Shown: positions 59,793 through 64,000 of the stretch, one piece after another
Layout: every line of letters begins with the position of its first letter
Numbering within the stretch: position 1 is the first letter of the stretch
Source of the DNA: a bacterium
Lineage (GTDB): Bacteria; UBA8248; JACPRG01; G963555815
Length of the DNA: 64,000 bases
Assembly (NCBI GenBank): GCA_965218795.1
Contig: OZ244653.1
Location: 2,016,001-2,080,000, forward strand
Direction: 5' to 3'
Notes under the pieces: generated by a model
Database searches by the model: none
What the model saw: only the letters and a program-made list of their open reading frames with translations
Told to the model about the DNA's origin: nothing
Program-made: the position numbers and the translations under genes

Positions 59793-60851
59793 TCAGGTCT
59801 CCATTCCCAATGCAATACGCTTCCGGATTTCGGCGGCGGACCGGATGCCCTCTTCGTCCATCCTCTCGAGAAGCTGACGGTTGACCCGCGCCGCGAGGCC
59901 CGGGCCCTGATAGACGAATGCCGTGAAGGCGAGCACCGAATCCGCGCCGGCCTCCAAAATTCGGAAGACGCTCGGGCCGTCGGAGGCGCCGCCAGACATG
60001 CGGATCGGGACCCCTTCCCCCAAAGCGGCCCGCAGCTCCCGGACGACCTCGAGAGTGGTCTCCAGACAGGGCGGACCCGACAGGGTGACCTGCCGTTTCG
60101 AAAGCCGGCGGTCCTCGACCCGGAGGATCCCCTCTGCGGTGATCCCGTCCAGTCCGGCCTCGACCGCCGCCCGCGCCATCTCCAGCCCCCGCCACTCGCT
60201 CTCTCCCGCCGAGCGGAAAGGCAGCTTGAGGAGGAGAGGTTTCGTGCGCTCGGCAACAGCCGTTTTCATCGCCTTGACGATGCCCTCCAGCCGGGCCAGG
60301 TCGCCTTCCATTCGGACGTTCGGGCAGGTCAGGTCCAGTTCGACGGCGTCGACGAACGGTTCCACCGACCGGAAGCAGCCCAGGACCTCATCGATGGTGA
60401 ACCCGCCTACATTCGCGATGACCGGAGGCCCCGCCGCCGGATGAGACGCGCGGTACCGGCGCAGGTTCCGCACGGCGTAATCCAGTCCCCTCGAGGGCAG
60501 GCCCAGGCAGTTGACCAAAGCGCCTTCCTGCGGCCGCCGGCCCAGGCGGGGCCTCGGGTTTCCGGCTCTTGGTTTCGGCATGATCGTGCCCACCGTGATG
60601 CTGCCGAAGCCGAGGCGGGCTAGGCCCGGCAGGGCGAGGGCGTCTTTGTCGAACCCGGCCGTCAGGCCGAAGGGGCTGGTCTGGCGAAGGCCCGCGACTT
60701 TGATTTCCAGCCGGGGATCGGTGACCCGGCGCCGTTCCGCCTGAGGACGCTAAAGAAATTCCATGGAAAGGGCCCGCTTGCCCAGATTATGCGCGGTCTC
60801 GGCCGGGAGGCAGAACATGGCGGGACGCAATACGCGCTCGTAAAAACCCAT
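59793..60851 (-). pseudogene. Dihydroorotate dehydrogenase-like gene with an in-frame TAG at codon 34
   Basis: ATG 60851 reads MGFYERVLRPAMFCLPAETAH...EFL*RPQ...GLTAGFDKD...GNPRPRL...LTCPN; TAG at 60750-60752. Confidence 0.82.
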
Positions 60852-60869
60852 GACCTCGTCCTCATCTCG

Positions 60870-60911
60870 ACGGCGGCGCTTGGGGGTCGAATCCCCCCGG
60901 GGAGGCCAGTT
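60870..60911 (+). repeat. Degenerate copy of the tRNA-Glu 3' half (att-like)
   Basis: ACGGCGGCgcttGGGGGT-CGAATCCCCCcGGGGAgGCCAGTT versus 55242-55283. Confidence 0.75.
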
Positions 60912-61127
60912 TTACCCTCCCGTCTCCATTCATGTAAACCACAAACAACGCTGGAAGCTCCCGCGGCCCTGGGGGATTCTCATTCATACTCCAGGGCCGC
61001 GGTGCTACAGTGGGTGAAATGGATCCCCGGCAAAGGGGATCATGAGTTGACCTCCCATGGGGAAGTTGTCGAGAATTGGGGAGTCCGTCCGCGAAACCGT
61101 TCATGAATCGAATGTGGAGGTGGAACC

Positions 61128-62483
61128 ATGGCCCGATCGTTGGCGATCCGCGGAGCGACCATCGTCTCTCTGGACCCACAGGTTGGTGTCATTGAAAAAG
61201 GGCTGCTGGTTCTCGAGGGGGACCGGATCCGGGAAGTCGGTCCGGATACCGGCGGCGGCCCCAATACGGATGAAATCATCGACGGGAATGAGCGCGTCGT
61301 CATCCCGGGCTTCGTCAACGCCCATATGCACGCACGGCCGGCCCGCGCGCTGGGAGACGGTCTTCCGGTCCCCGACTGGCACGTTCGCTATGCCGACGGT
61401 GTGAGCCGCGTGATCGACGAGGAGGATTCCCGGACCGGCGCCCTCCTGGCCTTTGGTGAATGTATTTTGTCCGGCTTTACTTCGGTCATGGCCATGCCCG
61501 TCAAGCCGCAAGGCTGCTTTCGGGGGGCTGTCGACATCGGAATCCGGGCGTGCGTATCGCCGCATGCCTCGGACAATCCGGACTTCGACGGGACCAGCGA
61601 TACCTACGAGGACAACCTTGCGCTGATCCGGCAATGCGGCGCGTCACCGGATGGGCGCGTCCAATCATGGCTTGGATACGACAACCTGTCCGGATCGAGC
61701 GACGACTTCCTTCGAGCGTTGCGAAGGGATGCGGATTCGACCGGGTTGCGACTTCACGGCCACTTGTGCGAGCACAAAGGGGAAGTTGCTTATGGTCTGA
61801 AACGATGGGGAAAACGTCCCCCGCAGGCCCTGGAAGACCTCGGATTCCTGGGCCCCGACTTTCTCGCCGCCCATTGCGTCTGGTTCGAATCGGAAGACGT
61901 CGAAATCTTTGCCCGAACCGGCAGCCACGTCGTCCATAATCCGATCAGCAACCTGAAATTCGCGAACGGAGCATCGCCCGTCCGGGAATTGCTTGACGCC
62001 GGAGTGACCGTCGCCCTGGGGACGGACGGGCTGCTATCGACGTACCGGCTCGACCCTTTCGAGACCATGCGGCAAACCCTGACGCTGCACCGCTTCGTTA
62101 CCGGGGACCCGATGGCCCTTTCCTCCCAGCGGGTTTTGGAGATGGCGACCGTGCAGGGAGCCCGCGCCCTGGGGATTGAAGCCGGACGGATCGCCCCCGG
62201 CCTCAAGGCCGACGTCACGATTCTCGACATGAGACGCCTCCACCTGACGCCGCGCGCACTCGGGGAACACGACAACCTGACCGCCCTGATCGTTTGGTGC
62301 GCATCTACGGGCGACGTCGAGACGGTCATCGTTGACGGGACGGTTGTGGCGCGGGAGGGAAATCTGACGTTGACGGACGCCGAGAAGATTCGCCGGCAGG
62401 CTCAGGAGACCTCGGACCGGGTCCTCGAGAAGCTGGATACGTCAGAGTCCGAGGCCGCCCTTCGGGCCCGCAAGGGAACATGA
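61128..62483 (+). CDS. Amidohydrolase, MtaD/AtzA-like deaminase family
   Basis: PGFVNAHMH, HGHLCE, AHCVW, HNPISNLK, GTDG; GGAGG RBS. Confidence 0.9.
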   Translation: MARSLAIRGATIVSLDPQVGVIEKGLLVLEGDRIREVGPDTGGGPNTDEIIDGNERVVIPGFVNAHMHARPARALGDGLPVPDWHVRYADGVSRVIDEEDSRTGALLAFGECILSGFTSVMAMPVKPQGCFRGAVDIGIRACVSPHASDNPDFDGTSDTYEDNLALIRQCGASPDGRVQSWLGYDNLSGSSDDFLRALRRDADSTGLRLHGHLCEHKGEVAYGLKRWGKRPPQALEDLGFLGPDFLAAHCVWFESEDVEIFARTGSHVVHNPISNLKFANGASPVRELLDAGVTVALGTDGLLSTYRLDPFETMRQTLTLHRFVTGDPMALSSQRVLEMATVQGARALGIEAGRIAPGLKADVTILDMRRLHLTPRALGEHDNLTALIVWCASTGDVETVIVDGTVVAREGNLTLTDAEKIRRQAQETSDRVLEKLDTSESEAALRARKGT

Positions 62484-62876
62484 TTGGATTTCAGTCGTTG
62501 GCGGGCGAAGCGCGCCATCGCGAAACAAAAGTTTTCCGGGGGGGGTTGGGGCGCCGGCTTTCAAATAAGGTCCCCCAAGATGGTTCGTCGCGGAAGGGGA
62601 AAGAAAGCTCGCGGATAAGGGGTTAGGACATAAGAATCCGGAGCGGTTTCTTCGACGCCATCGACAAAACTCACCAGAGATCTCTTCCAACAATGGCCGC
62701 AACTTCCCGGAACAAGACCAACCACCGGATCAATCAATGAAATCCAAAAATTGTTTGCAAGGGCTGGGGGGCATGGTAGTATGGATACCCATCCGGGAGA
62801 ATTGGGAAAGGCACAAATCTTGGGAAACGAATCCCCTGAACGTTTCATTTTCCCTATCGTGCGTAAGGAGGACAGA

Positions 62877-63890
62877 ATGATGAATTGGCTGAAGAAGGGC
62901 GTTTTTCTCATGGCCGGCGTCTTTCTCCTGTCGGGACCGGCAGCGGCAGCGGACAAACTGAACTTCGTGATGGACTGGGTCATCTACGCGCCCCACTCCT
63001 ACTACATCGCGGCCGATAGATTGGGGTTGTACAAGAAGGCGGGCCTGGATGTAAAAATCCACCGTGGATTCGGCTCCACCGATACGATCAAAAAGGTCGG
63101 AGCGAAACAGGCCGATTACGGACTTGCCGATACGGGCAGTTTAATCGTGGCCCGCACGAGGGGCATCAAAGCGAAAGAGCTCGGCGTCGCGTATGCCAGG
63201 GCACCCTATGAGATAGCATGCCTGAAAAAGAAAGGGATTACAAAGGCGAAGGACATCGAGGGGAAGACGTTGGGAACCAACCAGGGGACCTCGGTCTACA
63301 CCCTCTTCCCCGCATTCGCCAGAGCGGCGGGTGTGGATATGGACAAAGTGAAGTGGTCTTTCATCCAACCGGCCGCGATCATTCCCAGTCTGGTCGCGGG
63401 AAAAATCGACTGCGCATTCGTTTACGCCAACAACCGCCCCATCGCGGTGAATAACGTCAAGAAAGCGGGGGGAGGCGAGGTCACGGTTTTGGCCTATGCC
63501 GATCACGGAGTCGACATTTACGCGAACGGTCTGATCACGCAGGATGAACGGATCGCCGGCAATCCCGATCAGGTCCGCAGGTTTGTAGACGCCAGCTTCC
63601 GGGGAATCGCCTGGGTGGTAGAAAACCCGAAGAAGGGTTTGCAAATAGTCATGGACCATTCCCCTTCGCTGAACTATCAGAACAACAAGGAGGGCTTGAT
63701 CGTGTCTTTTGACCTCCTTCTCACGCCGGATGCCAAGAAGCACGGGATCGGGTATATGACACGAGAGAAAGTCAAAAGAACGCGGGACATCACCTCCAAA
63801 TACATGAAGCTGAAAGATGTGGTCCCGCTCGATGACATTTACACGATGAAGTTCCTCCCGAAGCTCTTCCCCAAGAGGGGCGAGTGGTAA
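62877..63890 (+). CDS. NMT1/THI5-like ABC transporter substrate-binding protein
   Basis: AAGGAGG RBS, signal peptide, MDW, GLDVKIHRGFGS, KDIEGKTLG, NPDQVRRFV. Confidence 0.88.
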   Translation: MMNWLKKGVFLMAGVFLLSGPAAAADKLNFVMDWVIYAPHSYYIAADRLGLYKKAGLDVKIHRGFGSTDTIKKVGAKQADYGLADTGSLIVARTRGIKAKELGVAYARAPYEIACLKKKGITKAKDIEGKTLGTNQGTSVYTLFPAFARAAGVDMDKVKWSFIQPAAIIPSLVAGKIDCAFVYANNRPIAVNNVKKAGGGEVTVLAYADHGVDIYANGLITQDERIAGNPDQVRRFVDASFRGIAWVVENPKKGLQIVMDHSPSLNYQNNKEGLIVSFDLLLTPDAKKHGIGYMTREKVKRTRDITSKYMKLKDVVPLDDIYTMKFLPKLFPKRGEW

Positions 63891-64000
63891 AAGGGAAGTT
63901 TTCACCTTTTCACTCAGGTTGACTTGATCCCGGATCCCGGAGGGCGGGCGCCCTGTCTGCCCTCCGGGTGGTATCACAGTCTTGTCACATCGCCTTCCAC

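Larger units (their letters stand above)
55281..60911. mobile_element. Decayed prophage/genomic island integrated at tRNA-Glu
   Basis: Phage-type genes and pseudogenes; right boundary is a degenerate tRNA-Glu 3' copy; no integrase seen. Confidence 0.7.

Overview
About 60% GC bacterial chromosome segment, diderm (it has a beta-barrel porin and Tat genes). A Nitrospinota/Tectomicrobia- or Deltaproteobacteria-like lineage, possibly host- or sponge-associated, is my inference from gene content only. Housekeeping genes: hpt, thiI, rpsU, thiE, tatB/tatC, pyrF, acyP, purA, hisZ, ygfZ, and tRNA-Thr(CGT), tRNA-Lys(TTT), tRNA-Glu(TTC). Accessory loci: (1) a five-gene catabolic cluster (Tm-1-like, SdhA/NadB-like flavoprotein, enolase-superfamily enzyme, opine dehydrogenase, M24 hydrolase) in which three enzymes have non-canonical active-site motifs; (2) a DUF1116 plus carbamate kinase module; (3) a tandem array of three ankyrin genes, two with signal peptides, bracketed by a 69-bp direct repeat that encodes the start of a phage-primase-like Zn-finger gene; (4) a GNAT/MshA-like/PIG-L cluster followed by a TatA-like::PAP2 fusion; (5) a BMP-type nucleoside ABC transporter and two amidohydrolases; (6) a decayed prophage island from tRNA-Glu to a degenerate copy of its 3' half, containing a divergent, amber-interrupted dihydroorotate-dehydrogenase homolog. 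A family of GTCATTCC-N10-GGAATCCA palindromes occurs at four loci, one inside a MITE-like element. No CRISPR array, rRNA, integrase or reverse transcriptase was seen. All product calls come from motifs recognised by eye, not from database searches.
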